A DNA stretch of 64,000 nt, taken from Vicugna vicugna (lineage: Eukaryota). Numbering within the stretch: the first letter of the stretch is position 1; each line of letters opens with the position of its first letter. The notes under the pieces are model-generated. The model had not been told where the DNA came from, did not search any database, and worked only from the letters and a program-made list of their open reading frames with translations. The stretch is taken from NCBI GenBank assembly GCA_013265495.1, contig MU058475.1:124001-188000 (forward strand). Reading direction: 5' to 3'. Both the position numbers and the translations under genes were made by a program. Positions 51,010 to 62,862 of the stretch are shown piece by piece.

Positions 51010-52330
51010 CTGTGGACATCCTATCTATGTGGCTGACTGGCATCTCTTCTGAGGGGGATGCTTTCTGCTAAGCACAGCATTCAGAGGTCTTCCCACCCTG
51101 TGCCCACACCCTGATGTCCATTCGTATAAGGGTCCTCCGTCCCAGACCTCCTCCTCCTTGGTCATCCAGGTCCCTGAAATAGCCAGCCAGATCATTCAAT
51201 ATATATGAGTCCATATGTATTTTTATCTTAGGCCACTTTTCCTTCCCCACCATGAACATAACCAGGCACACTGACTATTCAGGAAGATTTCCCCTTTCCG
51301 CTCTCTTTCAAGGTCATGCCTGATTGTGGTTACAACGGAGCTGCCATCCATTTTTGAGCTTGAATTTTCTCACTGAGCCAGCCCATCCTTAATCAAGTTT
51401 GGGCACTTTCTTCCTGCTTCAACTGGTTGTATGGGACACCCCCTTCCCCTGCACATGGCCATTCATGTAAGTTGCGGGAGGGGTACTGATGCAACCATGG
51501 TGGGGGGCAAAGGGTCTGGCTACCTGCTCACATGGCTCACCTGTGCCCTCTTGTCCTGCTGGGGCTCAATCTGGATGTACCATCTTGTGTTAAGTTATCT
51601 CTGGGCTCACCTGATCCTATGAGTTGATGGATCTAAACGCAAGTCACGATGGGCAGTCCTGGAGGCCTGACCACTTGCTGTCCACGGTCGACATTCGATC
51701 CCTTCCGGAGCCCTGTAACATAATCAGGAGCGATTTTTCAAGATGCAGAGACGACAGCCCTCTTCCAGAGCTGCCTCTCCCTCGTGCTTGCCACCACCAA
51801 CTCGCGGCATCACCTCCATTAGCTTCAGGTCTGTTGGATCATGTGACCCCAGCAGAACTGCCTTGCCTGAGCCTGGGCTTGCCAAAGAGCCCCTTTCTGC
51901 TCCAGGTTCTATTTGAAGGGGGACCATCTGTGTCACCTGGCATATGGCCTGGAGGGGTAGTCCGGAGGGTGAAACGTGTCCCTCCAGGATCCAAGGAGGC
52001 GTCTCTCTTAGCAGTGATGTTGCAGCATGTCTTTTACTTTGTGTGAGTATCCTATACCCCTGGCACTGGGCTGATGGGGCCTTTGAATCTTTTCATGAAT
52101 TATCTCTGGATCTTACCTCCAGCAATACGTCAGCCCTGCATATTGTATTTACCTGGAGAGGTCAGGCATCTCCTCATGGGTTGGGCCAGGCATATGAACT
52201 GGTAGAAACATGTGGCAGACATTTCCAATATAAACATACGTGCTCTTCAAGCAGTAGAAGAATGATTAAGGAAACTGCTTTGCCAATTTTCTGCTTTTGT
52301 GTGGGACCAAGTCATCAGGTCAGATAACGA
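51010..52330 (-). mobile_element. Degenerate ERV-L internal (pol: RT/RNase H) fragment
   Basis: Minus-strand peptide KEKWPKIKIHMDSY..NDLAG resembles the ERV-L RNase H motif KEKWPxVRxYTDSWAVANGLAG. Confidence 0.6.
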
Positions 52331-54097
52331 TTAATGTGACAAAAATAAGAGGTAAGTTTTAGACAAAGTATTGGAATTTGCCATAAAACTTGATTTTGAG
52401 CATTGTTTTAAATCCACTGAGTTTAAGAAAGGAGATTTATTTTTCTCTGGTAGGCTAGATCCAGGGCATTAATGTTCATAGAAATTTCTTGAACAATTGG
52501 ACACATTTATCAAGAAAAACAAAACCAAACCACTTACTGGGCAGGCTTAGCAAACCTTGTTAGAATTCAACCGACATGCAAACATTTCAGGTGTCTGAGT
52601 ACCTGCAAGTTACAAGACTGACTTCTCTGGTAACTGAAAAATGGAGGTACCAGTTGAGCAAATCTGGATGTGCAAAATATTCACTGTATATCAGTCTTTA
52701 TAACTTCCAGGTTGTGCCGTCTACGGATATTTAAAGGGCTTAGTTAACATAGTGCTGAGTGTAATGAAATATTTCACATTGTCTTAAAATTCCTGAACAC
52801 ACTTAACACCATCCATCCTCTTTGAACCTGCAGGATCCCACATCCGGTGATGGGGCCCTATGCTGCACCACCAGGCTGACCGGCTGGAAGTAGTTTGGGG
52901 ATTTGCTTTTAGTTGATTGATTAAATCCATGGTATTACTGCTCATAGGGATTTCCTGAGCTGTTGCGCATACTGACGAGAAGCAGGTAGATCTTAAGCAC
53001 ACGATGCTGACCTTCAACCTGAAAGCAAACATTTCAGTTCAGTGATGGAGTACCTGCCGTGACCAAGGCCTCTCTGATAACTGAACAATGAAGGTACCCT
53101 TTGTGCACCGTCACTATCCAGTTAAAAGAATGGAGTTTCTGGCACCTAGTGCAATGCCTGGCACACCGTAAATATTCTGTAAGGGGTAGCTTTCATTATT
53201 AGCACCTACTCCCTTCTTTTGTCTCTTCCCCACCCCCAATGTCTCAGTTACCAAAAGAAGAACATTGTCCCCGAAAGTCAGCTTGGTTTTGGTTTAGCGT
53301 TGATTGTAACCTAAATGCCAGTCCTGCGGCTGCCCTGTGGGAGCCCACAGAGAAGAGATGCCTGGGGGAGAGAGGGGGAAGCTACTTCCACCTCCTCGAG
53401 GGAGTCACCCTCTGCGTGGCTCACAAGAAGGTGGAAGGACAGGGGAGTGAGGGAAACCGTCTAGGCCCTTCAATTGGAAGGCACTAACTACTGGCGGGAA
53501 GACCTGTGTCATTAGAGCATAAGGCCCTGAGAGAATAGGTCCAAAAACAGAGAAAAGGAGAAGGGACATTAACTCCTGGCCTGTCTCCAATTTATTTCTG
53601 TTGCTCAGGGCTCAGCGGAGCCAGAGGGGACCCAGGCAGGAGCTGACGAGAAAAATCTCAGGGGTCCTTTTAACAGCGCTGCTTTGGATCATGGCTGGGA
53701 TGGGCTCTGCACCCAACAGAAGGCCATTTCAGGATCCCCAGCTGCAGTCAGCGGGCCCTCTGTGCACTTTGGCCGCAGCTGGAAGGAAGCCGGCAGCGGC
53801 CCCGCCTTCATCGTTCAGGACGCAGGGAAGAGCTGTTCTCAGAGCCCGGGCTCTGCACGCAGGCAGGCGGATCCCACCCATCTTCACCCAGTCTCAAGTC
53901 AGACGCCAAGCCCAATCAAGTTTTTGGACCTCTTCGCAAGGAGAGGAAAGGCATTGAAAACAAGGTGGACCTGGCTGAGAAAAGAGAGAGGAAGATAAGA
54001 AGTGAAGCTGGCTCTCCAAAGAGTGGGCTAAAGTTTGGGGATGGTAAATTCTCAATTCTGTTCTCAAACTGGAATTAGGGCTCTCATTCTTTTTTTT

Positions 54098-54166
54098 TTT
54101 TTTCATTTGTTCCTTTCTTTTTAACTTTTTTTTATTGAGTTATAGTCATTTTACAATGTTGTGTCA
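54098..54166 (-). mobile_element. Tiny L1 3' terminus with TSD TCTCATTCTTTTTTTT
   Basis: ttattgagttatagtcattttacaatgttgtgtca flanked by direct repeats starting at 54082 and 54167. Confidence 0.8.
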
Positions 54167-54311
54167 TCTCATTCTTTTTTTTTAGGATGAAAGAGTTTAA
54201 CATTACAGGGAAATATTTCTTATTAAGGAGACTTTAGTTTTCTATTGTTTAAGAGGTCAGATTTTGACTTCTCTGTTTTCCACAACTAGCCCTTAACAAA
54301 GATGACAGTTG

Positions 54312-54516
54312 GGAAGGTGGGAGGGTCTAGCTCAGTGGTAGAGCATATGCTTAGCATGCATGAGGTCCTGAGCTCAATCCCCAGTCCCTCCATCAAAAAT
54401 CAATAAGCAAATAAACATAATTAGCACCCCCACCTCCCGAAAAAATCTAAAAATAAATGGAATGATAAAAAATGAGTAAATAAAAAGAGGAAAAATTCCC
54501 CCAAAATATTTTTTAA
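54312..54516 (+). mobile_element. vic-1-like SINE with 14-bp TSD AAAGATGACAGTTG (54298-54311 and 54517-54530)
   Basis: SINE head, extended A-rich tail, exact TSD. Confidence 0.9.
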
Positions 54517-54890
54517 AAAGATGACAGTTGTGAAATAGACTAAGTGTACAGCTCACTATAGGGCATTTCTGGGCACTGACTTATAGCTTGATCTCTCCCC
54601 CAATCGTTTTATTTACTTCTTGGCTTAAGCAGGAACTGCAGTATCCTGTCCCTTTGTTGTACATGCCTGTGGTTTTGTTCTGAGAGGCCAAAGGATTTTA
54701 CCAACAGACTCAATGAGCCATCAGATCAATTTGTGGGTTAATTTGGATTTGAACTTTATTTTATGAAGAAAGGGAAGCTTAGAAACATTGATAAACTCAA
54801 GAATATTGGTTTATCAAGAATTACCTTTCAAAGAAAAAACCAAGAGACAGTTTTAGGAAGCATAAATCCCATTTTTAAAAATAGTGAAAG

Positions 54891-55490
54891 AACAATGGGG
54901 TGCAGGTGTCTTTTTGAATTTACACCCCAATGTTCATAGCAGCATTATTTACAATAGCCAAGACATGGGAACAATCTAAATTCCATCAACGGATGACTGG
55001 ATAAAGAAGTTGTGGTATATTTATACAATGGAATACTACTCAATCATAAAAAAGAATAAAATAATGCCATTTGCAGCAACATGGATAGACCTGGAGATTT
55101 TCATTCTAAGTGAACAGAAAGAAAAAAAAAAAAACCAAATGAAATCACTCATATGTGGAATCTAAAAAAAAAAAAGAAGAAGACAAATGAACTTAAATAT
55201 AAAACAGAAACAGACTCACATAGAAAACAAACTTGTGGTTGCCGGTGGGGAGACAGGTGAGAAGGGATAGACTGGGAGTTTGAGATTTGTAGATACTGAC
55301 AGGTTATATATAGAACAGATAAACAAAATTATACCCTATAGCACAGGGAAATGTATACAAGATCCTGTAGTAGCTCATGGTGAAAAAGAACATGAACATG
55401 AATAATGTCTATTTATGTATGACTGAAGAATTGTGCTGTACACCAGAAATTGACACAACATTGTAAACTGACTATAACTCAATAAAAAAA
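54891..55490 (+). mobile_element. L1 3' end with a short 5' inversion (twin priming)
   Basis: Inverted segment 54891-54920; TSD AAAAATAGTGAAAGAA (54877-54892) / AAAAATAGCAAAAGAA (55488-55503). Confidence 0.85.
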
Positions 55491-57989
55491 AATAGCAAAA
55501 GAAACGAACAATTCCACAGACAGGACTTGGCGCCTTTTGTTAATACCATCCTCTACTGAAGTAGTCAGCCTTCAATGTCCTGCCGGAAGTTGAGTTGAAA
55601 TCTTCTCAAAGACACAAGGCCCTGCCCATTGTCTTCCCCGTGTCTGTGTTGCTGTCCTTTGCTGGCAGTGAGTAAACTCACTCATTCAGGTGGCCTTTGA
55701 GGACCAATTTCAGGCCAGTTACATTGTTTGGAGGCAGAATCTGTCTTTTGAGTTTTTTTGATAACAGCTTTATTGAGATTTAATTCACCCATTTCAAGTG
55801 CACAACCCAGTCATGTTTCGTATATTCACAGGGCCCTGCAGCTGTCAGCACAATCGTCATCACCTCGTGTTACCTTTTGATTTTCAGTTTGACTTCTCTA
55901 GGCAAACTTTTAGGCTTTTCCAGATATTGGTAAGAGATATATCAGATTTTCACTTACCATTTTTAAGTGCATATTCTGGCATCCTTTGACTATTAAAACT
56001 TAACTGCCTTAAACGCTACCTACGTCAGTTCCTTTGGTCCACATTCATGGATGAGCCAACAGGGTCAGAGAAGCCAAGTAACGTACCCCTGGCCGTGGTG
56101 CTGGGATTCATCAGCACACTTATCTCTAAGGTCTCGGCCTTCCATTCTGCAAACAGACCCTGGGCTCCACCCCTGCACCAGCCCACAATAAACAAGCCAA
56201 CTGAAATAACCTTTCTCGCCCTCCAGCCCCCGAAGTCCAGATTTCTTTCTTACAGGTACATGTGTTTCAAAGTACCAGAATTCTGCACCTGCACTGCTGC
56301 AGGGAGTGGACTTTGCATCCTATTGCTTCTCTTGGAAACCAGATGAGAGCAAGTCGCTTGGCTCCGGGAGGCTCAAGTTCAGGCTGAAGGCATCAGAATC
56401 ACTGGGACTGGATCCAGACAGAATGGCCAGCATTAGTATACCTCTCTGGGGTTTTGTTTGCTTTGTTTTTTCCTTCATGTTTTGAAAAAAACAACCTCAA
56501 GTTCAGAGAGGTTAAGCCACTGGCTCCCTGCAGCATGTCTGTTGTCAAAGCTGAGTGATGTCAACAAGACCTAAGGCAGAAATATTAATCCCAGGGAACC
56601 AAATGACATCATATGGGTTCAAAAGCTCCTTGTTTTCTTTACAACTTCCCTCAATCTCCCTCTCCTTTCCTTCTTCCCACCTGTGTTCTCTGAGGAAGGG
56701 CCAGCCTCTCCGGCTCGCGACCCCAGCCTTCCCACCTCCCCCTCTCCACCGGCAAGACCTCCTTCCCCAGCCCTCCCCACTCTGGGCACCTCCCACCAGC
56801 GCTCCGCCCCCCAGCAGCTCGGTCCAAACTGCCTGCACTGGCCTCACTCGTGGGCCACGAGCTTAATTAGTCGGTTGTGACCAGTATTAAACATTAGATC
56901 TCAAAAAAATAAATATATAAAATAAGTTAAAAAATAAAACAAAATACAAATAAAAATTAGGTCTCCCAGTATATCACACATGGAAAATTATTTTTAAAAT
57001 ATACTCTATTGAGTCATGATGTAATTTAAAAAAGAAACCATTTTTGGACATTTCTGGAATCAGACCTGGAAAGAGTGGGTCTCACAACTGGATGGCACCT
57101 TCCCCGCCCTCGGCCAGGTGGCAGCTGTGATGTGTGGAGGGGCTTGTTCATCCAGGTGCTAGGACTGCAGGATGGCAACCACTCATCATTTTCTCCCTGG
57201 AAAATATGTAAGGACCATTTAGGGAGGAATAAGGAGCCTAGCTGGTTTCTGAAACCTTCTGTTGACACCAGGATAAAGGAAGTGTCAGCATTGAGTCCTG
57301 CAGAAGGGCTGTGAGTGGCCTGGAGGGATCTCCTGGGGGCCGTGGTGATGCTCATCCAAGAAACGTCCCCAAACGCGTATTTGAGGGCAGAGGGGAAAAC
57401 ATCGGTACTGATGACTTGTTCAAAGAGCTGGGCTCAGGGTGAGGACATCTTAGGAACACCCACACCCGTGTATTTCACTTATGCTATAAAACGATGTAAG
57501 TCTGAAAGTGCTTTAAATAAACCCAAAATAAAACAGAGCTTACAAGTGATAGGAAAGCATTCTTCATCGTTTGATGATAGCTTAAAAAATGCCTCTTATG
57601 ATCAATGGACCCTTAGTTTCAATGAAACCCTATATATATGCATCTGAGGTCTCAGTATAAAATATATTCTTTACTGTTGGCTGAGGTCTAAAGGTTTTTA
57701 GCTTGCTTTAGGAACTTTCATTAAAACACCCCAAACAAACCAGCAGGCAAACAATTCTGCTTCTACACGGGTCAGTCTCTGCCGCCTTTGAGTGTCTGTC
57801 TCAGGAGACGTCCGCACGCTAGCTCCACTCCCCACCCCCTCATCAACTATTTGCTCCTTTGGAGACCATTTAAACATAATAAAATAAAACTTCTCGGACC
57901 ATGTAACAGACAGTCCTCAAGCGCACACCATGGTAACGAAGTCATCCCTGGCAGGCTCGCGGCCCCTCCTGAGCAGGGCCCTGGCCCCC

Positions 57990-59330
57990 TTGACAGTTCA
58001 GTTGTCTTTGAACACAGACTCCAAAATCTACAGTTGTTCTGTGTGTTTGAGCTGTGTAAATGGAGTCATTCTGTAGGAATAATTGGTCTTTCTGTCTCTT
58101 CGGTGCCGGCTGTAAGGTGGAGTTCTTCCCCGTCATTGCTTGAGGCTCTGATCTGTCCATTTGACTGGCTGTGGTTTATCCGTCTGTGACTCTTCAACAG
58201 CGTGTTTATCCTTCCTATACATGGGCATTTCGCTTGTCTCCAGCTTTGGGAGATGATGAACACTGTTGCCATGGGCAGTTCCATGTCTGTATCCTGGAGG
58301 ATGTAAGCGTGCATCCTCGACCCGGGGTGGGATTGCTGGTGACAACAGAGCTGTCCTTTCTCCAATTCTGCTGTGTAATTCTGTGTTGTTTCCCAAAGAG
58401 GTCACTCATCTGCATTTTCATCCGTGTTGGGAGGGTCCCGGCACACCGACACTTAGCATTGCCAGGCTTTCACAGTGTGCTCAGTCTGATGTGTATAGAA
58501 TGGAATCTGATTGTTTTAAATTTGCATTTCCCTGAGGAATACAAGGATGAGTAATTTTTAGTTTGTTTTTTGGCCACTTGAGGTTCTTTTGTGAAGTGTT
58601 TCAGACTTTTGCGTTTCTTCCTCATTGACTGTATGCATTTTTCCTCACTGATTTGTAAGACTTTTTCATGTGTTTTAGAATTCTGTAGACTAATATGTTG
58701 GCCAATAGTCTCACGTGGTTAGTTACAATGAAATTAATAAAATTAAAAAAAATTAGCCCCTCAGTTACACTCTCCGTATTTCAAATGCTCAGGAGTTACG
58801 TGGTGGCTACCAGCTACCTCACTGGACAGCAGAGATCTGCAAAACATTTTCGTCTTTGCGGAACATTCTATAGGATAGAACTAGAGAATATTTTCATTTT
58901 CCCAGAATGTTCTATAGGACAGGACAGACTGAAGAACATTTCCATCACACAGCTGATTCTCCTGAACGGTGTGGCTCCAGACACGTGTGTCTGTCCCTCA
59001 CATGTTACAGGTACCTGCTCACATTCACAGCCTGTTCATGAGTTCCTTTGATGATTGGGTATTTTCAGATTTAATCAACCTTTTTTTTTTTTTTTTTTGG
59101 TTAGAGCCTTTTGTTTCTTTAGAAATTTCTGTCTCAAAGTCATGAGAATGTTCTTTTAAATGCTTTTCACATTTAGATCTTTAACGTACCTGGAATTGAT
59201 TTTTGTGTAGAGCAAGGTAGGGGTCTAATTTTATTTTTTTCCTATGGATAGCCAATTGACTGTAGTAAAAACTCTGTCCTTCCTCCATTGCTGTTTGGGT
59301 CACTTTCACAGTGTTCATGTTTCCTGTTAC
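57990..59330 (-). mobile_element. Ancient L1 remnant interrupted by a MER3/MER33-like DNA element (about 58690-58980)
   Basis: gtttgagctgtgtaaatggagtcattctgtagg, atggaatctgattgttttaaatttgcatttccctg motifs; MER3-like gtggtggctaccagctacc...gaacatttccatca. Confidence 0.6.
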
Positions 59331-61967
59331 ATTTCCACTTTCAATCGATTTCAATGCTCTTTCCATTTCTATTACTCAACCATGACTTCTAGTGCTAAGA
59401 TTGCCGGCCATCTCCCCACCAAATCTAACGGATATTCTCGAATTCTTATCATATCTGAAATCTCTGTAGCACAGCTGACCACTTCTATTTTGAAGTCCTT
59501 TCTGCTCTTGGCTTCTGAATGGTGCGCTTCCCTGTTTTTCTTCCTTTGTTGGCTGTTCACCCTCCTGACCTATAAAAGTCAGAGAACTTCAAGGAATAGT
59601 CTTCAGCCCCCACCTCCTCTCACTGTATCATTGGCAGTCACATCTCTTGGCAAGGCTTCGACTCCAACGATGTGCCAATGAGTCTCGCTCTTGTCAGAGA
59701 CTGGTTCAGTGATGAGCTAGCCTAATTCAGATTGAAGAGTTTTGATGGGGCTTCTAGAATTTTTTTCCCCTTGCTCGTAAGAGCAAGGAATGGGAAGCTC
59801 AGGTCACATTCCCACTAGATGTGAAGGAGGGGGTGTCTGGCTCTTGCTGCTGGTACAGCTCTAGCAACCTTGGGAAAGCTCACCTGTGATGAAACCAGCC
59901 ACAGGCAGCAGCGGGCTTACAGAGCAGAGCAGAGGCCCTTAGCGAGTTGCACGTGACACCCACCTGACCACTAGACTTTATGTGGACCAATGAAATTCCT
60001 AATTTTTAAAACCACTTGGAGTCGTATTTCTGTCCCTGGTGGCTGAAAGCTCTATAATGAATTATAGCTCCCGAATCAGCGTGTTGAGGCCTGAGCTCTC
60101 TCCTGAGAGAGACTTGTCTATCCGTCTCCTGAGCCCTGTCTGACATCTTCACGTGGTTCTCTCTTAAGCACTCAAACTTTAGAGGTCCTGAGCTGAACTC
60201 TTTTCCCCCAAACGTCCTCTTCCTCTAGTATGTCCATCACGATAGATGACGACCCAATCTACCAAATTTCTCGTGCCAGAAATGTGGGTCCACCACAATT
60301 CCTTTCTTTCCTCCCCATTCCACCCAGGACAAAGTCCAGCCAAACCCCCGTCTAAGGTACTCACTGGATTTGTCTGCTTCTCTCCATTTGCCCTGTGGCC
60401 CTCTGGTCTGCGTCGCCCTCACCTCTCCCCTGTGCAACAGCAGTGATGCTAACTGACCCCCGGCTCTCCCTCGCATACTCCCAATCTATGTTTCAGAGAG
60501 CTGCCATTGAATTTTTTAAATTAGTAATTATTTCATTTTCTATAGTGCAGCAGCTAAAAGAATGGACTGTGGAGTAAGACAGATGGGCTGGCTCTCCATT
60601 ACTACACAAGAAACCAGCCCAAACCCTAGTGTGAGCTGGGAACCCTGGCACTCAGCTGAGTGCCTCTACCCCCAGGTCGGTCCGGAGCAGTCCTCTGGAA
60701 GGCTTGCCCAGCAGGATCAGGATCTGCACCCAAGCTCCCTTGTGTGGCTGTTGGCAGGATTCGGGTCCTACTGGCTGTTAGTTGGAAGTCATTCTGAGTT
60801 CACTGCCCTGGGGGCCACTCTGCAGGGCAGCTCATCCGGCTGTGCCTGGCAGTGTGTGGTAGCCTGGGTTCAGTAAATGTTGCTTGCTTGTCCTGATGTT
60901 GAAGTGAATTCCAGTTGTAAGTATGGTGTCTGTACGCCCTCCTGTTGCCGGTGACGCTGGGGTGGAAACTGGACTGACTGCGTCCCTTCCCTGTTCTACA
61001 CCCTTTGGTGGCTTCCTTCCCACCTGGGATCAAAGCCAAACTCCTGACGCTGCCCAAACTCACGTCAGGCTGTTACATTTCTCACTCGCATTGCCTCAGC
61101 CCCTCTGGACTTGGAGTGTTCCAGGTTCTTTCCCATTTGGGGGTCTGAACCATTTTTTCCTGAACTCTGCCTGGCTAACTCCTACTTACCCTCCAGTCTC
61201 GGCTTAATTGCTTCTTCAGGGAGCCCTTCCTTGAATGTTTGACCTAAATTAGATCCCTGGGTATTCTTCCATAGCACCCACTAGAGCACTAACTACAGAC
61301 TGAAATGATATGTGTGTGTGAGCATTATTTAATTGATACCTGCCTCCGTCTCTAAACTATAAACTCAAGCCAGGACTACATCAGTTTGCTCACTCTCCCC
61401 ACTAACACAGTGTCTGATTATAACAGACACATGTTTCATATGAAAATACTTCTTTTAGGAACTGCAGTCAATCTTAGGAGAGCATCGTGGTTGCCTCTCC
61501 GTGGGTGAAACTGACAAGGGACATTTGCACTCCTCTGATTCCCACGGTGAGGATTTTCTGTTGACCACAAAGCAGTTTGAGTCATTTGGCTGATTTCCAG
61601 GGGTCAATAATAAGAATTTTTAATGTGGGCTGGGCAGGGATATAATGGGCACTTTTCTAAAACATGCAACTGAAAGACAAGTTGAAGTACAGACTAATGT
61701 TTTAATCCATACACTTAATACCAGCTGGGGCAACATCAAACTTAGAAGACTACATACGAAGCAGGTTTTCTCTTATACAACCAAGACGTTTTTAATACAC
61801 GAATAAAACAAATGAAAAGCTACTAGAGGTGGCTATCCTTAAAAGCCGGCTCTAGAATATAAAAGCTTTAAATTATTTCCTCTTTTATCTCTATTCATTA
61901 CTTTCCTTTATTCTAATTTTCTCTCTCTTTTGGCCAGTCTATTGCTAAATTAAAATTACAGATTTTC

Positions 61968-62256
61968 AGGGGCAGGGGGTAGATAGCTCAAGCAGTAGAG
62001 TGCATGCTTAGCATGCAGGAGGTCCTGGGTTCAGTCCCCAGTAACTCCTCTAAAAATAAGTAAGCCTAATTACCTCCCCCAGCCCCTCACCCCCACAAAA
62101 GTATATATATTCAATACCTTATAATGACTTAAAATGAAAAAGGATATGAAAAGGAATATATATATATATGTATAAATGAATCACTGTGCTGTACACCAGA
62201 AATTAACACAACATTGTTAATCAACTATACTTCAATTAAAAAAAAACCTTAAAAAG
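61968..62256 (+). mobile_element. Chimeric retroelement: vic-1-like SINE (61968 to about 62100) plus L1 3' terminus (about 62101-62246), inside one perfect 22-bp TSD
   Basis: TSD TAAATTAAAATTACAGATTTTC at 61946-61967 and 62257-62278; the 3' part matches the L1 3' UTR at about 49730-49845. Confidence 0.88.
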
Positions 62257-62715
62257 TAAATTAAAATTACAGATTTTCTAAGCCTGTCAGTCTAAGAGAT
62301 TTCAGCTGGGTTCCCCCCACCCCCACTTTATACACATTGCAGAGACAGATCATTGTGCTTTGAAATTACTGAATATTCTGAAGTTTCTTTCAGCCATGTA
62401 TTGTTTAAGTTTGTTCTCACTGCCAGTTTCTGATCCTGCAGTCGCTGCTGATTTATTTGGCAAAGGGAAGCATGAGTCTTGTAGCCATTGCCAGGGGCGT
62501 CTCGTTATTGCTAACCTCAGTCACTCTTAACCTGGCTCTGTGGGAAAGGAGGAAGGCATCGGCCTGGGTGAGAGTGTGGACCCTGGACCCAGACTACTCC
62601 GGGTCAAATTCTGGCTTCGTCAGTCACTACGTATCACTGATGACCCTTCGGCTTCATCCATCAGTGCCTCAGATTCCTCATCTGTAAAATGGGGATAAAA
62701 ATGAGACTTAACTCA

Positions 62716-62862
62716 GGGGGAGGGTAGAGCTCAGTGGTAGAGTGCGTGCTTAGCATACACGAGGTCCTGGGTTCTATCCCCAGTCCCTCCATTAAAATAG
62801 GGAAGTAAATAAATAAACCTAGTTACCTCCCCCAAAACAAAAAATAAAATTAAACTGAAAGA
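62716..62862 (+). mobile_element. vic-1-like SINE inserted into a MIR (about 62570-62910)
   Basis: MIR core cctcagattcctcatctgtaaaatgggga before and catagggttgt after; imperfect TSD aaaatgagacttaactca / aaaagagacaactca. Confidence 0.85.

Noticed and set aside
52784..53032. Possible extra minus-strand exon (acceptor-like tttgctttcag near 53020)
   Set aside because: No recognisable protein similarity, no convincing donor and no partner exons.
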